Part shown: piece after piece, positions 45,278-54,834 of the stretch
Layout of the letters: every line of letters starts with the position of its first letter
Position numbering within the stretch: position 1 is the first letter of the stretch
Origin: an uncultured Microthrixaceae bacterium
GTDB taxonomy: Bacteria; Actinomycetota; Acidimicrobiia; Acidimicrobiales; DATDAH01
Assembly (NCBI GenBank): GCA_963845425.1
Contig: CAWJSC010000010.1
Location: forward strand, 451,968-515,967
DNA length: 64,000 nt
Direction: 5' to 3'
Notes under the pieces: model-generated
Seen by the model: only the letters and a program-made list of their open reading frames with translations
Databases searched by the model: none
Told to the model about the DNA's origin: nothing
Program-made: the position numbers and the translations under genes

Positions 45278-46445
45278 GGCGCAGTTCGGCCACCTGGGCC
45301 ACGTCCTTGTCGCCTCGGCCCGACAGGTTGAGCAGGATGGTCCGTCCCGCCAGGCCGGCCCGTTCCCGGGCGACCCAGGCCAGCGCATGGGCCGACTCCA
45401 GAGCCGGGATGATCCCCTCCGTGCGGCCCAACAGGAAGAAGGCGTCCAGGACCTCGTCGTCGCTCACCGCCTCGTAGCGGGCCCGGCCGATGTCGGCCAG
45501 GTGGGCGTGTTCGGGACCGACGCCCGGGTAGTCGAGCCCGGCGGACACGGACTGGGCCTCCTGGACCTGGCCCGCCTCGTCCTGGAGCAGGAAGGAAGTG
45601 CTGCCGTGCACCACCCCGGGCACGCCGTGGCCCACGGCGGCCCCACCGGCGGGCTCGACCCCGACCAGCTCCACCTCGGGGTCGTCGACGAAGCCCGAGA
45701 AGATGGCGATGGCGTTCGAGCCCCCGCCGACACAGGCCACGACCACATCGGGCAGGGCCCCGGTCCGCGCCAACATCTGGGCCCGGGCCTCCTCGCCCAC
45801 CACCCGGTGCAGCTCCCGCACCATCCACGGGTACGGGTGGGGGCCCATGACCGAACCGAGGCAGTAGTGGCTGGTCTCCACGGTGGCCACCCAGTCCCGC
45901 ATGGCCTCGTTGACGGCATCCTTCAGGGTCCGGCTGCCAGAGGTGGCCGGCCGGACCTCCGAGCCCAGCAGTTGCATGCGGAAGACGTTCAGCTCCTGGC
46001 GGGCGATGTCGACCTCACCCATGTACACCAGGCACTCCATCCCGAGGAGGGCCGCGGCAGTGGCCGTGGCCACCCCGTGCTGGCCGGCGCCGGTCTCGGC
46101 CACCAGACGGGTCTTGCCCATGCGCTGGGCCAGCAACGCCTGGCCCAGCACGTTGTTGATCTTGTGCGAGCCGGTGTGGTTCAGGTCCTCCCGCTTGAGG
46201 AAGACCCGACAGCCCAGCTCCTCGCCGAGGCGTTCGCACTCGGTGAGGATCGAGGGACGACCGGCGTAGTCGCGGAGCAGTCCGTCGAGCTCGGCCCGGA
46301 AGGCGGGATCGGCCCAGGCTTCCGTGAAGGCCGCCTCCAGCTCCTCGCAGGCGGGGATCAGCGTCTCGGGCACGAAGCGCCCGCCGAACCGGCCGAACCG
46401 GCCGTCCGGGCCCGGCGTGGGCATCAGGGAGGGGGTGTGGGTCAC
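45270..46445 (-). CDS. trpB: Tryptophan synthase beta chain
   Basis: [15 protein letters not shown]...[16 protein letters not shown]...GGGSNAI. GTG 46445 overlaps the trpF stop (GTGA); ATG 46424 is the alternative. Confidence 0.96.
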   Translation of the reverse strand: MTHTPSLMPTPGPDGRFGRFGGRFVPETLIPACEELEAAFTEAWADPAFRAELDGLLRDYAGRPSILTECERLGEELGCRVFLKREDLNHTGSHKINNVLGQALLAQRMGKTRLVAETGAGQHGVATATAAALLGMECLVYMGEVDIARQELNVFRMQLLGSEVRPATSGSRTLKDAVNEAMRDWVATVETSHYCLGSVMGPHPYPWMVRELHRVVGEEARAQMLARTGALPDVVVACVGGGSNAIAIFSGFVDDPEVELVGVEPAGGAAVGHGVPGVVHGSTSFLLQDEAGQVQEAQSVSAGLDYPGVGPEHAHLADIGRARYEAVSDDEVLDAFFLLGRTEGIIPALESAHALAWVARERAGLAGRTILLNLSGRGDKDVAQVAELRRG

Positions 46446-47110
46446 CAGCCCGTCTCCGCTTCCCAGTCGTAGATGCCCCGACCGCTGCGGTCCTCGTAGT
46501 CGTCCTCGGGGGCCGCCGCCCGCGCCGCCTTGACGAAGGACCGGACCTTGGTCGGGTCCTTGCGCCCCGGCGAGGCCTCGACCCCGCTGGACACGTCGAC
46601 GCCCCACGGGCGGACGGCGGCGATGCCGTCGGCGACGTTCTCGGGGGTCAGCCCGCCCGCCAGGATCACCTTCCGGTTCAGGGGGACGCCATCGGCCAGG
46701 GACCAGTCGAACACCTCGCCCGAACCGGGGCGCGGGGCGTCCAGGAGCAGGGCGTCGGCGCCGTACTCGTCCCACTGCTCCAGCGCCGGATCCCCGGCCG
46801 GGAGGCCCTTGATGACCAGGCCGACCCGGTCCCGCACCGCCCGGGTGACCTCGGGGCTCTCCCGGCCGTGGAGCTGGGCCGCCTTCAGCCCGCAGGTCTG
46901 CACGGTCTGGATCACCTGCTGCTTGGAACTGTCCTTGAACACCCCGACGGTGAGGATCTCCGGCGGCAGGCGGGCGGCGATCTCGCGGACCTTGTTCGGC
47001 GCCATCTGCCGGGGAGAGGGGGCGAAGACGAAGCCCACGGCGTCGGCGCCCATGGCTACGGCCAGCAGGGCGTCCTCTTCGCTCGTGATCCCGCAGATCT
47101 TGACGAACAC
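46442..47110 (-). CDS. trpF: Phosphoribosylanthranilate isomerase
   Basis: [35 protein letters not shown]...[11 protein letters not shown]. Confidence 0.9.
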   Translation of the reverse strand: MFVKICGITSEEDALLAVAMGADAVGFVFAPSPRQMAPNKVREIAARLPPEILTVGVFKDSSKQQVIQTVQTCGLKAAQLHGRESPEVTRAVRDRVGLVIKGLPAGDPALEQWDEYGADALLLDAPRPGSGEVFDWSLADGVPLNRKVILAGGLTPENVADGIAAVRPWGVDVSSGVEASPGRKDPTKVRSFVKAARAAAPEDDYEDRSGRGIYDWEAETGW

Positions 47111-47120
47111 GGCCGGGACG

Positions 47121-47927
47121 CTACCCGTCGCCGTCGGCGCCGCTGCGGCCGGTTCCGGCGGCCACCAGGCCCGCCGTCGCCGCCGTCGGGTCCCCCGAGG
47201 TGATCAGGGTCTCACCCACCAGCACCGCGTCGTAGCCGGCCTCCGCCAACACCCCGACGGCGGCCGGGCCGGTGATGCCCGACTCCGCCACCCGGACCAC
47301 CCCGGCCGGGAGGTCGGCGGCGAGGTCCAGCGCCCGTTCCGTGTCGACCGCGAAGGTCCTCAGGTCGCGCTGGTTCACCCCGATCAGGTCGGCGCCCGCC
47401 GCCAGGGCCCGCTCCACTTCGGCCGCGTCGTGGACCTCGACCAGGGCCGCCAGGTCGAGCTCGACCGCGAGCTGGGCGAAGGCCCGGAGCTCGCCGTCGT
47501 CGAGGGCGGCCACGATCAACAGGACGGCATCGGCCCCCATCAGCCGGGCGTCGCACACGTCGATCTCGTCGACGGTGAAGTCCTTCCGCAGCACGGGCAG
47601 GCCGACCGCGGCCCGGGCGGCCGCCAGGTCCTCGGCCGAGCCCCCGAAGTGCGCTTCGTCGGTCAACACCGACAGGCAGGTCGCGCCGCCGGCCTCGTAC
47701 TCGCCGGCCATGGTCGCCGGATCGAGGCCCGGGGCGAGGTCCCCCTTCGAGGGCGACCGACGCTTGACCTCGGCGATGACCGCGACCCCGGTTGCCGCGG
47801 CGAGGGCCTGCCGGAACGGCCGCGGTGACGGCGCCTGCCGGGCCGCGTCCAGTACCTCGCCGCGGGACCGGGGGTCGGCCGCGGTCCGCCCCCGGTGGGC
47901 GGCGACGATGCCGTCGAGGTAGGTCAT
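47121..47927 (-). CDS. trpC: Indole-3-glycerol phosphate synthase
   Basis: ATG 47927. VIAEVKRRSPSKG...LSVLTDEAHFGGS...LRKDFTVDE...IGVNQRDL. Confidence 0.93.
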   Translation of the reverse strand: MTYLDGIVAAHRGRTAADPRSRGEVLDAARQAPSPRPFRQALAAATGVAVIAEVKRRSPSKGDLAPGLDPATMAGEYEAGGATCLSVLTDEAHFGGSAEDLAAARAAVGLPVLRKDFTVDEIDVCDARLMGADAVLLIVAALDDGELRAFAQLAVELDLAALVEVHDAAEVERALAAGADLIGVNQRDLRTFAVDTERALDLAADLPAGVVRVAESGITGPAAVGVLAEAGYDAVLVGETLITSGDPTAATAGLVAAGTGRSGADGDG

Positions 47928-48760
47928 CGGGTGGTCGCCTCCAGGATCCGCACGGGCGTGTCGGCCACGGCGCCCGAGGCCGGGGGCTCGACGGCCCGGC
48001 CGACGTAGGCCAGGGCCACCGCCGGCCGACCGTTCCCGGCGGGCGCCGAGGAGGTGACCTCGCCCACGACCTGGCCGTCGACGACCACCGCACCGCCTAT
48101 GGGCAGGGCGCCGGGCCCGTCGGCCTCGAGGCGGCGCAGGTGCCGGGGGACGTTGCCGCCCCGACTGTCGATCCGGGCGACCAGCTCCTGGCCGGTGAAG
48201 CAGCCCTTGGTGAAGCTGACCGAGCGCTCGACCACGCCGGACTCGGCCGGGATGGTGCGGTCGGTGAGCTCGCGGCCCATGGCGGGCACGCCCGCCTCGA
48301 TGCGCAGGCGCTCGAGGAACTCGGTGGACGCCGTCGCCATGCCCTCGGGGACCCGATCGGTGCCGAGCAGGTCCACCCCCTCCACCCCCGGCCACGCGGG
48401 GTCGAGGGCGGGCACGACGGCCCCGGGCACGGTGGCCGTCCCCCGGACGGCGACCATCGGCTCGGTGCTGAGCACCAGCTCGGCCTTCGTGCGCAGCAGG
48501 AAGCGCTGCAGGCGGGCCAGGAGCGCCGCACCATGACCGGCCTCGATGTCAGCCCGGAACGCCTCGTCGCCGGCCCGGGTCAGGCGGAGCCAGGCGTCGA
48601 CCTTGCCCTGGGGCTGGAGGACGAAGGTCCAGGCCGAGCCCCCGACCGCCAGGCCGTCCACGTCCTGACTGAGCTGGCCCTGCAGGTAGGCGCCGGCATC
48701 GGGGCCTTCGACGGTGACCACGTCGCGCTCGACCACCACCGCCACCGGCGAGTCAGGCAC
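47924..48760 (-). CDS. YgfZ/CAF17-type folate-binding protein (GcvT-like fold)
   Basis: GPDAGAYLQGQLSQDV...VSFTKGCFTGQELVARIDSRGGNVPRHLRRL. Overlaps the trpE end by 8 nt and shares an ATGA junction with trpC. Confidence 0.8.
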   Translation of the reverse strand: MPDSPVAVVVERDVVTVEGPDAGAYLQGQLSQDVDGLAVGGSAWTFVLQPQGKVDAWLRLTRAGDEAFRADIEAGHGAALLARLQRFLLRTKAELVLSTEPMVAVRGTATVPGAVVPALDPAWPGVEGVDLLGTDRVPEGMATASTEFLERLRIEAGVPAMGRELTDRTIPAESGVVERSVSFTKGCFTGQELVARIDSRGGNVPRHLRRLEADGPGALPIGGAVVVDGQVVGEVTSSAPAGNGRPAVALAYVGRAVEPPASGAVADTPVRILEATTR

Positions 48761-50288
48761 GGTTCGCCTCCGCGGCTCGCCGGGCTGCGGTCATCCGCCG
48801 GGCCGACGGGATGGCCGCCAGGACCGCCCGGGCCTTGGCGTGGCACTCGGCGTCCTCGCCGGCCGGATCGCTGTCGAAGACGATCCCCGCGCCCGCCTGG
48901 ACCGAGGCCCGGCCGTCGGCACCGACCAGCAGGGTGCGGATGGTGATGGCGGTGTCGATGTTCCCGGAGAAGTCGAGGTAGCCGACGATCCCGGCGTAGG
49001 GCCCCCGGCGGGTGGGCTCCAGGTCGTCGATGATCTCCATGGCCCGGACCTTCGGGGCCCCCGACACCGTCCCCGCGGGCAGGGTGGCCCGCAGGACGTC
49101 CACGGGGGTGCGGCCCTCGGCCAGGACGCCGGACACCTGCGAGGTGAGGTGCATCACGTGGCTGTAGCGCTCGAGGGTCATCCGCTCGTCGACCTGCTCG
49201 GTGCCGAACCGGACCACGCGGCCCACGTCGTTGCGGGCCAGGTCGAGCAGCATCACGTGCTCGGCCAGCTCCTTGGGGTGCTCCCGCAGCTCGGCCCCCA
49301 GGCGCCGGTCCTCCTCGTCGGTCACGCCTCGGGGCCGGGTGCCGGCGATGGGCCGGGAGACGACCCGCCCGTCACGGAGCTGGACCATCGGCTCCGGGGA
49401 CGCCCCGACCAAGGTGACCTCCGGGTAGCGCACGAAGTACATGTACGGGCTGGGATTGATCTGGCGCAGGACCCGGTAGACGTCGAACGGATCGGCGTCG
49501 AGGTCGACGTCGAAGCGCTGGGAGAGGACGACCTGGAAGATGTCCCCGGCGACGATGTGCTCCTTGGCCACCGCCACGGCGGTCTGGTAGGCCTCGGAAC
49601 CGAGCACCGAGCGGTACTCCGGCAGCGGCTCGTCCCGGCGGGGCGGCTCCAGCAGTGGCTCGTCCAGCGGCCGGGCACCGTCCCGGGCGAGGGCCTCGAC
49701 CCGGGCCACGGCGTCGTCGTAGGCGGCGTCGACGGCGGCGGCGTCGGCCCCGGGCGGGATGACGGCCGAGGCCACCAGGGTCACCTGCTGGTTCCAGTGG
49801 TCGAAGGCGGCGACCTCGCCGATGACCGAGACCATGGCGTCGGGGTGGCCCCGGTCGTCCTCGGGAGGCGCCGGGAGGTGCTCGACCTCCCGCACGACGT
49901 CGTAGCCCAGGTAGCCGATGACCCCCGCATGCAGCGGCGGCAGCTCCGGCAGCGGCGGGGTCCGATAGGCGCCGACCAGCCATTCGACGGCGGCCAGGAT
50001 CCCCTGGTCGACCGGGAGGCCGTCCGGGACCTGGCCGCGGACGTCGATGTCACCCTCGCGGGAGACCAGGGTCGTCAGCGGATGACGACCGACGAAGGAG
50101 TACCGGCTCCCCCGCTCGCCCCGGTCCACCGACTCCAGCAGGAAGCCGGGGCCGTCGCCGGCCAGGCGGGCGAACGCCGACACCGGGGTCACGAAGTCGG
50201 CCAGCAGCTCCCGCCAGACGGGGACCACGGTGTAGTCCCGGGCGAGGGCCCGGAACCGCTCACGATCCGGCTGGATCACCGAAGTCAC
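48753..50288 (-). CDS. trpE: Anthranilate synthase component I
   Basis: [18 protein letters not shown]...[12 protein letters not shown]...NPSPYMYF...[15 protein letters not shown]...[10 protein letters not shown]. The start is GTG 50288 or GTG 50279, overlapping the hisI 3' end. Confidence 0.93.
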   Translation of the reverse strand: MTSVIQPDRERFRALARDYTVVPVWRELLADFVTPVSAFARLAGDGPGFLLESVDRGERGSRYSFVGRHPLTTLVSREGDIDVRGQVPDGLPVDQGILAAVEWLVGAYRTPPLPELPPLHAGVIGYLGYDVVREVEHLPAPPEDDRGHPDAMVSVIGEVAAFDHWNQQVTLVASAVIPPGADAAAVDAAYDDAVARVEALARDGARPLDEPLLEPPRRDEPLPEYRSVLGSEAYQTAVAVAKEHIVAGDIFQVVLSQRFDVDLDADPFDVYRVLRQINPSPYMYFVRYPEVTLVGASPEPMVQLRDGRVVSRPIAGTRPRGVTDEEDRRLGAELREHPKELAEHVMLLDLARNDVGRVVRFGTEQVDERMTLERYSHVMHLTSQVSGVLAEGRTPVDVLRATLPAGTVSGAPKVRAMEIIDDLEPTRRGPYAGIVGYLDFSGNIDTAITIRTLLVGADGRASVQAGAGIVFDSDPAGEDAECHAKARAVLAAIPSARRMTAARRAAEANRA

Positions 50289-50631
50289 GGAAGAAGCAGG
50301 AACGCTCGCCCGTGTGGCACGCCCCTCTGCCCTCCTGCTCCACGACGAAGAGGAGGGTGTCGCCGTCGCAGTCGTAGGCCGCCCGGCGCACGTACTGGCG
50401 GTCACCGGAGGTCTCGCCCTTGCACCAGTACTCCTGGCGGGAACGGCTCCAGAACCAGGTGCGACCGGTCTCGAAGGTCTTGGCCAGCGACTCCTCGTTC
50501 ATCCAGGCCAGCATCAGCACCTCGCCGGTGCCCTCCTCCTGGACGATCGCGGGCACGAGGCCGTCGGTGTTGTAGGTCACCGCCGCCAGCTGCTCGGGCG
50601 TGACGGCGAGGGGGGTCGAGATGGGGCTCAC
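50260..50631 (-). CDS. hisI: Phosphoribosyl-AMP cyclohydrolase
   Basis: [26 protein letters not shown]...[21 protein letters not shown]...DCDGDTLLF...[12 protein letters not shown]. Confidence 0.93.
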   Translation of the reverse strand: MSPISTPLAVTPEQLAAVTYNTDGLVPAIVQEEGTGEVLMLAWMNEESLAKTFETGRTWFWSRSRQEYWCKGETSGDRQYVRRAAYDCDGDTLLFVVEQEGRGACHTGERSCFFRDFGDPAGS

Positions 50632-50672
50632 CCGGTCATCCTACGGACGGGTGCCGGGCCTCCCCCGGGCCA

Positions 50673-51050
50673 TTACAGGTAGAGACCGGCTCCGGATTCC
50701 TCGAGGCGGGTGGCGGCCACCGCATGGATGTCGCGCTCCCGCAGGATGAGGTAGTCGTCGCCGCCGACCTCGACCTCGTAGCGGTCCTCCGGATTGAACA
50801 GGACGTGGTCGCCGAGCTCCATGGCCCGCACGTTGGGGCCCACGGCGATGACCTCGGCCCAGGCCAGGCGCTTGCCCACCTGCGCGGTCGCCGGGATGAG
50901 GATCCCGCCCGTGCTGCGGCGCTCGCCCTCCTGGCGGTCCATGTCCACCAGGATGCGGTCGTTCAGCATCTTGATCGGGAGACGCTCCCGACCCCGCTGG
51001 TCCTTGCCGGTGGAGGTCGTGGCTGCGTTGCCGTTCGCCGAGTCGGCCAT
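50673..51050 (-). CDS. GroES/Cpn10-family protein (paralogue-like) with an N-terminal extension
   Basis: ATG 51050. [32 protein letters not shown]...AEVIAVGPN...[32 protein letters not shown]. Confidence 0.8.
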   Translation of the reverse strand: MADSANGNAATTSTGKDQRGRERLPIKMLNDRILVDMDRQEGERRSTGGILIPATAQVGKRLAWAEVIAVGPNVRAMELGDHVLFNPEDRYEVEVGGDDYLILRERDIHAVAATRLEESGAGLYL

Positions 51051-51076
51051 ACCGGCGACGGTACCGGCTGGGCCTG

Positions 51077-51838
51077 TCAGACGGGCCGGACGGTGATGCC
51101 CCGGGCGGCCATGACCGCCTTGGCCTCGGCCACGGTGTGCTCGCCGAAGTGGAAGATGCTGGCGGCCAACACGGCATCGGCCCTGCCCTCCAGGATCCCG
51201 TCCGCCAGGTGCTCGAGGGTGCCCACCCCTCCGCTGGCGATCACCGGCACGCCGACGGCGTCGCTCACCGCCGCGGTGAGCTCGAGATCGAAGCCGTCCC
51301 GGGTGCCGTCCCGGTCCATCGAGGTGAGCAGGATCTCCCCGGCCCCGAGCCGGACGACCTCCTCGGCCCAGGCCACGGCGTGTTGGCCGGTCGGCGTGCG
51401 GCCGCCGTGGGTGAAGACCTCGGGGGAGCCGTCCTCCCGGCGCCGGGCGTCGATGGCCACGACCATGCACTGGGCCCCGAACTCGGCGGCGATCGCCGAT
51501 ACGAGCGCAGGGTCGTCGACGGCCGCGGTGTTGACCGAGACCTTGTCGGCCCCGGCTCGCAGCAGGAGGCGGGCGTCCTCGACCTCCCGCACACCCCCCC
51601 CGATGGTGAAGGGGATGAAGACCTCCTCGGCGGTGCGCCGGGCCAGCTCGACGATGGTCTCGCGCTTGTCCGAGGAGGCGGTGATGTCCAGGAAGACGAC
51701 CTCGTCGGCGCCTTCGGCGTCGTAGCGGGCGGCCAGCTCGACGGGGTCGCCCGCGTCGACCAGGTCGACGAAGTTGACGCCTTTGACCACGCGCCCCGCG
51801 GTGACGTCGAGGCAGGGGATGACCCGGGCGACGTTCAC
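51077..51838 (-). CDS. hisF: Imidazole glycerol phosphate synthase cyclase subunit
   Basis: [19 protein letters not shown]...[11 protein letters not shown]...GGGVREV...VIASGGVG. Confidence 0.96.
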   Translation of the reverse strand: MNVARVIPCLDVTAGRVVKGVNFVDLVDAGDPVELAARYDAEGADEVVFLDITASSDKRETIVELARRTAEEVFIPFTIGGGVREVEDARLLLRAGADKVSVNTAAVDDPALVSAIAAEFGAQCMVVAIDARRREDGSPEVFTHGGRTPTGQHAVAWAEEVVRLGAGEILLTSMDRDGTRDGFDLELTAAVSDAVGVPVIASGGVGTLEHLADGILEGRADAVLAASIFHFGEHTVAEAKAVMAARGITVRPV

Positions 51839-52545
51839 CGGCTCAGCACCGCCACGGCGTCGGCCACCGTCACCCGGTCCTCGTAGATCGCCCGGCCCAC
51901 GATCACCCCCTCGAGGTCGAGGGCGGTGAGGGCCTCGACGTCAGCCAGCGAGCCGACGCCACCCGAGGCCACGACCGGCGCGGTGGTCACGTCCAACACG
52001 GCGGACAGGCCGTCCAGATCAGGACCCGCCAGCATCCCGTCCCGACCGATCTCGGTGACGACCAGGGCGGCCACGCCCATCTCGCCGAAGCGGGTGGCCG
52101 CCTCCAGCAGGTCCCAGCCGGCGTCGGCCTCCCAGCCGTGGGCGGCGAGGGCCCGGCCCCGGGCGTCCAGCCCGACGGCGACGGCCCCGTCGGGGACCAG
52201 CTCGGCCACGAGCTCCGGCGTCGCGAGGGCCGCGGTGCCCATCACGACGCGAGCGACGCCGGCCCCCCAGAGGGCCTCGGCGTCAGCCCGGGAGCGCACG
52301 CCACCCCCGACCTGCACGGGCACGTCCACCGCGGCCACGATGCGGCCGATGACCTCCCGGTTCCGCGGCTCACCGCGGCGGGCGGCGTCGAGGTCCACGA
52401 CGTGGATCCAGGGGGCGCCGTCGACCGCGAACTGACGGGCCCGGCCGACGGGGTCCTCGTCGTAGTCGGTACGGCGGTCGTAGTCCCCCTGGCGCAGGCG
52501 GACACAGCGCCCGTCGAGCAGGTCGATGGCCGGGTAGAGGTTCAC
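51835..52545 (-). CDS. hisA: ProFAR isomerase HisA (PriA-like position)
   Basis: GTG 52545 overlaps the hisH stop. [21 protein letters not shown]...IHVVDLDAA...VQVGGGVRS...[12 protein letters not shown]. Confidence 0.93.
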   Translation of the reverse strand: MNLYPAIDLLDGRCVRLRQGDYDRRTDYDEDPVGRARQFAVDGAPWIHVVDLDAARRGEPRNREVIGRIVAAVDVPVQVGGGVRSRADAEALWGAGVARVVMGTAALATPELVAELVPDGAVAVGLDARGRALAAHGWEADAGWDLLEAATRFGEMGVAALVVTEIGRDGMLAGPDLDGLSAVLDVTTAPVVASGGVGSLADVEALTALDLEGVIVGRAIYEDRVTVADAVAVLSR

Positions 52546-53165
52546 GACGGGAGCCGGGCCAGGAAGTTGCCCAGGATCTGCTGACCCGCCGCGCCGGACT
52601 TCTCGGGGTGGAACTGCATCGCCCACACGTTGCCGTGCTCCACGCCGGCCACCACCTCCCCGCCGTAGTCGCAGGTCACGGTCACGCCCGTGCCGTCCTC
52701 AGGGGCGAAGGAGTGCACGAAGTAGACCCACGCGGGATCGGCCACGCCGGTCAGCATCGCCGGCTCGCCCCGGCGCCGGAGCACGTTCCACTGCATCTGA
52801 GGATGCTTCACCCCCTCGGGCAGGCGGCGCACCGTCTCGGGCAGGACGCCGAGGCCCGGCACACCGGGGTCCTCCTCCGACCCGGCGTAGAGCAGCTGCA
52901 TGCCCACACAGATGCCCAGGAAGGGCCGGCCCGAGGCCACGGCCTCGAGGCTCTGGTCGGCCAGGCCGGTGCGGTGCAGCGCGGCCATGCACGCGCCGAA
53001 CGCGCCCACGCCGGGCAGCACGACGCCGACGGCGTCCGCGATCAGCCCGGGATCAGCGGTGAGGCGGGCGTCGGCGCCCAGGTGCTCGAGCGCCTTCTGG
53101 GCCGAACGCAGGTTGCCGATGCCGTAGTCCAGGACCGCCACCAGGGGACGGCTCGGCTCGGTCAA
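52542..53165 (-). CDS. hisH: Imidazole glycerol phosphate synthase glutaminase subunit
   Basis: VAVLDYGIGNLRSAQKALEHLG...VLPGVGAFG...FLGICVGMQLL...QFHPEKS. The start is TTG 53165 (TTGA overlap with hisB) or GTG 53141. Confidence 0.93.
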   Translation of the reverse strand: MTEPSRPLVAVLDYGIGNLRSAQKALEHLGADARLTADPGLIADAVGVVLPGVGAFGACMAALHRTGLADQSLEAVASGRPFLGICVGMQLLYAGSEEDPGVPGLGVLPETVRRLPEGVKHPQMQWNVLRRRGEPAMLTGVADPAWVYFVHSFAPEDGTGVTVTCDYGGEVVAGVEHGNVWAMQFHPEKSGAAGQQILGNFLARLPS

Positions 53166-53767
53166 AGGGTCCCCTTGGTGGACGGGATGCCCGCCCCTTC
53201 CACCCGTACGGCGTCCCGCAGGGCGCGGGCGGTCGCCTTGAAGGAGGCCTCGATCACGTGGTGGGTGTTCCGGCCCCGGACCATGGTCAGGTGCAGCGTC
53301 CAACCCGCGGCGGTGACCAGGGCGCGCCAGAACTCCTCGGCCAGCTGGGGGTCGAACGGGGGGTCCCCCAGGATCTTCTCGCCCGGAGGCTCGATCTCAT
53401 AGACGAGGAAGGGCCGCCCGGAGAGGTCGAGAGCGGCCTCGACCAGAGCCTCGTCCAGCGGCACGGCCGACGAGGCGAACCGGCGGACGCCGGCTTTGTC
53501 GCCCAGGGCCTCCTTGAGGGCGCCTCCAAGGGCGATCCCCACGTCCTCCACCGTGTGGTGGGCGTCGATCTCGAGGTCGCCCGTAGCCGCCACGGTGAGG
53601 TCCAGGCCGCCGTGGCGACCGAGTTGGGCCAGCATGTGGTCGAAGAAGGGCAGGCCGGTCTCGACCGACGTCGTGCCGGTACCGTCGATGTCGACCCGCA
53701 GGTGGATGCGGGTCTCGGCCGTGGTCCGTTCGACGGACGCGGTGCGGGGGGCCTTCGCTTCGCTCAC
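53162..53767 (-). CDS. hisB: Imidazoleglycerol-phosphate dehydratase
   Basis: RTAETRIHLRVDIDG...GLPFFDHMLAQLGRHGGLDL...DAHHTVEDVGIALG...NTHHVIEASFKA. GTGA overlap with hisC. Confidence 0.95.
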   Translation of the reverse strand: MSEAKAPRTASVERTTAETRIHLRVDIDGTGTTSVETGLPFFDHMLAQLGRHGGLDLTVAATGDLEIDAHHTVEDVGIALGGALKEALGDKAGVRRFASSAVPLDEALVEAALDLSGRPFLVYEIEPPGEKILGDPPFDPQLAEEFWRALVTAAGWTLHLTMVRGRNTHHVIEASFKATARALRDAVRVEGAGIPSTKGTL

Positions 53768-54834
53768 AGGGTCTCCTCCAGGGCGGTCAGGAAGCGGTCG
53801 TTCTCCTCCGGCGTACCCACGCTGACCCGCAGGCAGTCGGCCAGGCGGGGCCACGAGGCGCAGTTGCGCACGAGCACGCCACGGTCGACGAGGCCCTGCC
53901 AGACGGCGTCGCCGCCGGCCGCCTCGGGCCGGAAGAGGATGAAGTTGGCCCCGGTCGGCCACTGACGCACGCCGAGGCGGTTCAGCCCGGCGACCAGGCG
54001 CTCGCGCTCGGCGACGATCTGCTCGACCCGGGCGCCCATCGCATCCGCGTACCTGAGGGCGAGGCGGCCGGCGAGTTGGGTGACGGCGTCGAGGTGATAA
54101 GGCAGGACGACCTTGGCCAGCTCGTCGACCATCCAGGACGGGCCGATGCCGTAGCCCAGGCGACCGGCGGCCATGGCCCAGGTCTTGGAGAAGGTGCGGG
54201 TCACCAGCAGGGGCCGGTCGTCAGCGACCAGGTCCAGGGCCGTGGAGGGCGCGAACTGGCCGTAGGCCTCGTCCACGACCAGCAGCGCTCCGGCGGAAGC
54301 GCACCGGTCGAGGACGGCGACGGTGGCCTCGGGGCCGGTCACCGCTCCGGTGGGGTTGTCGGGCGAGCACAGGAAGAGCACCGAGGGTCCGTCGGCCAGC
54401 ACCCGGTCGACCTCGTCGAGGTCGAGGGCGAAGTCGGCGCCTCGCTCCCCCTCCACCACCGCCGTGCCGGTGATGCGGGCCAGGTGACCGTGCACGGCGT
54501 AGGTGGGCTCGAAGGTGGCGGCCGACCGCCCCGCCCCGCCGTAGGCCAGGAGGACCGACTGGAGCACTTCGTTGGAGCCATTGGCACAGAAGACGCGGTC
54601 GGTCGTCGTGCCGTGGTGGTCGGCCAGCGCCGACCGCAGCGCCAGGGCCTCCCGGTCGGGGTACCGGTTCCAGGCCACCTCACCCAGCGCGCCGGCCAGT
54701 TCGTCCACCCAGGCCTCCGGGGGCCCGACCGGTGACTCGTTGGTGTTCAGGCGGACCGGGACGTCGAGCTGGGGCGAGTGGTAACCGGCCATGAGGGCCA
54801 GGTCGCCGCGGGGCTGGACGGGGGCGGCGGTCAT
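53764..54834 (-). CDS. hisC: Histidinol-phosphate aminotransferase
   Basis: ATG 54834 (ATGA overlap with hisD). VRLNTNESPVGPP...NRYPD...LCSPDNPTG...RTFSKTWAMAAGRLGY. Confidence 0.93.
   Translation of the reverse strand: MTAAPVQPRGDLALMAGYHSPQLDVPVRLNTNESPVGPPEAWVDELAGALGEVAWNRYPDREALALRSALADHHGTTTDRVFCANGSNEVLQSVLLAYGGAGRSAATFEPTYAVHGHLARITGTAVVEGERGADFALDLDEVDRVLADGPSVLFLCSPDNPTGAVTGPEATVAVLDRCASAGALLVVDEAYGQFAPSTALDLVADDRPLLVTRTFSKTWAMAAGRLGYGIGPSWMVDELAKVVLPYHLDAVTQLAGRLALRYADAMGARVEQIVAERERLVAGLNRLGVRQWPTGANFILFRPEAAGGDAVWQGLVDRGVLVRNCASWPRLADCLRVSVGTPEENDRFLTALEETL

Noticed and set aside
48714-50603. A 629-aa plus-strand ORF opposite trpE/hisI
   Set aside because: A shadow ORF with low-complexity translation.
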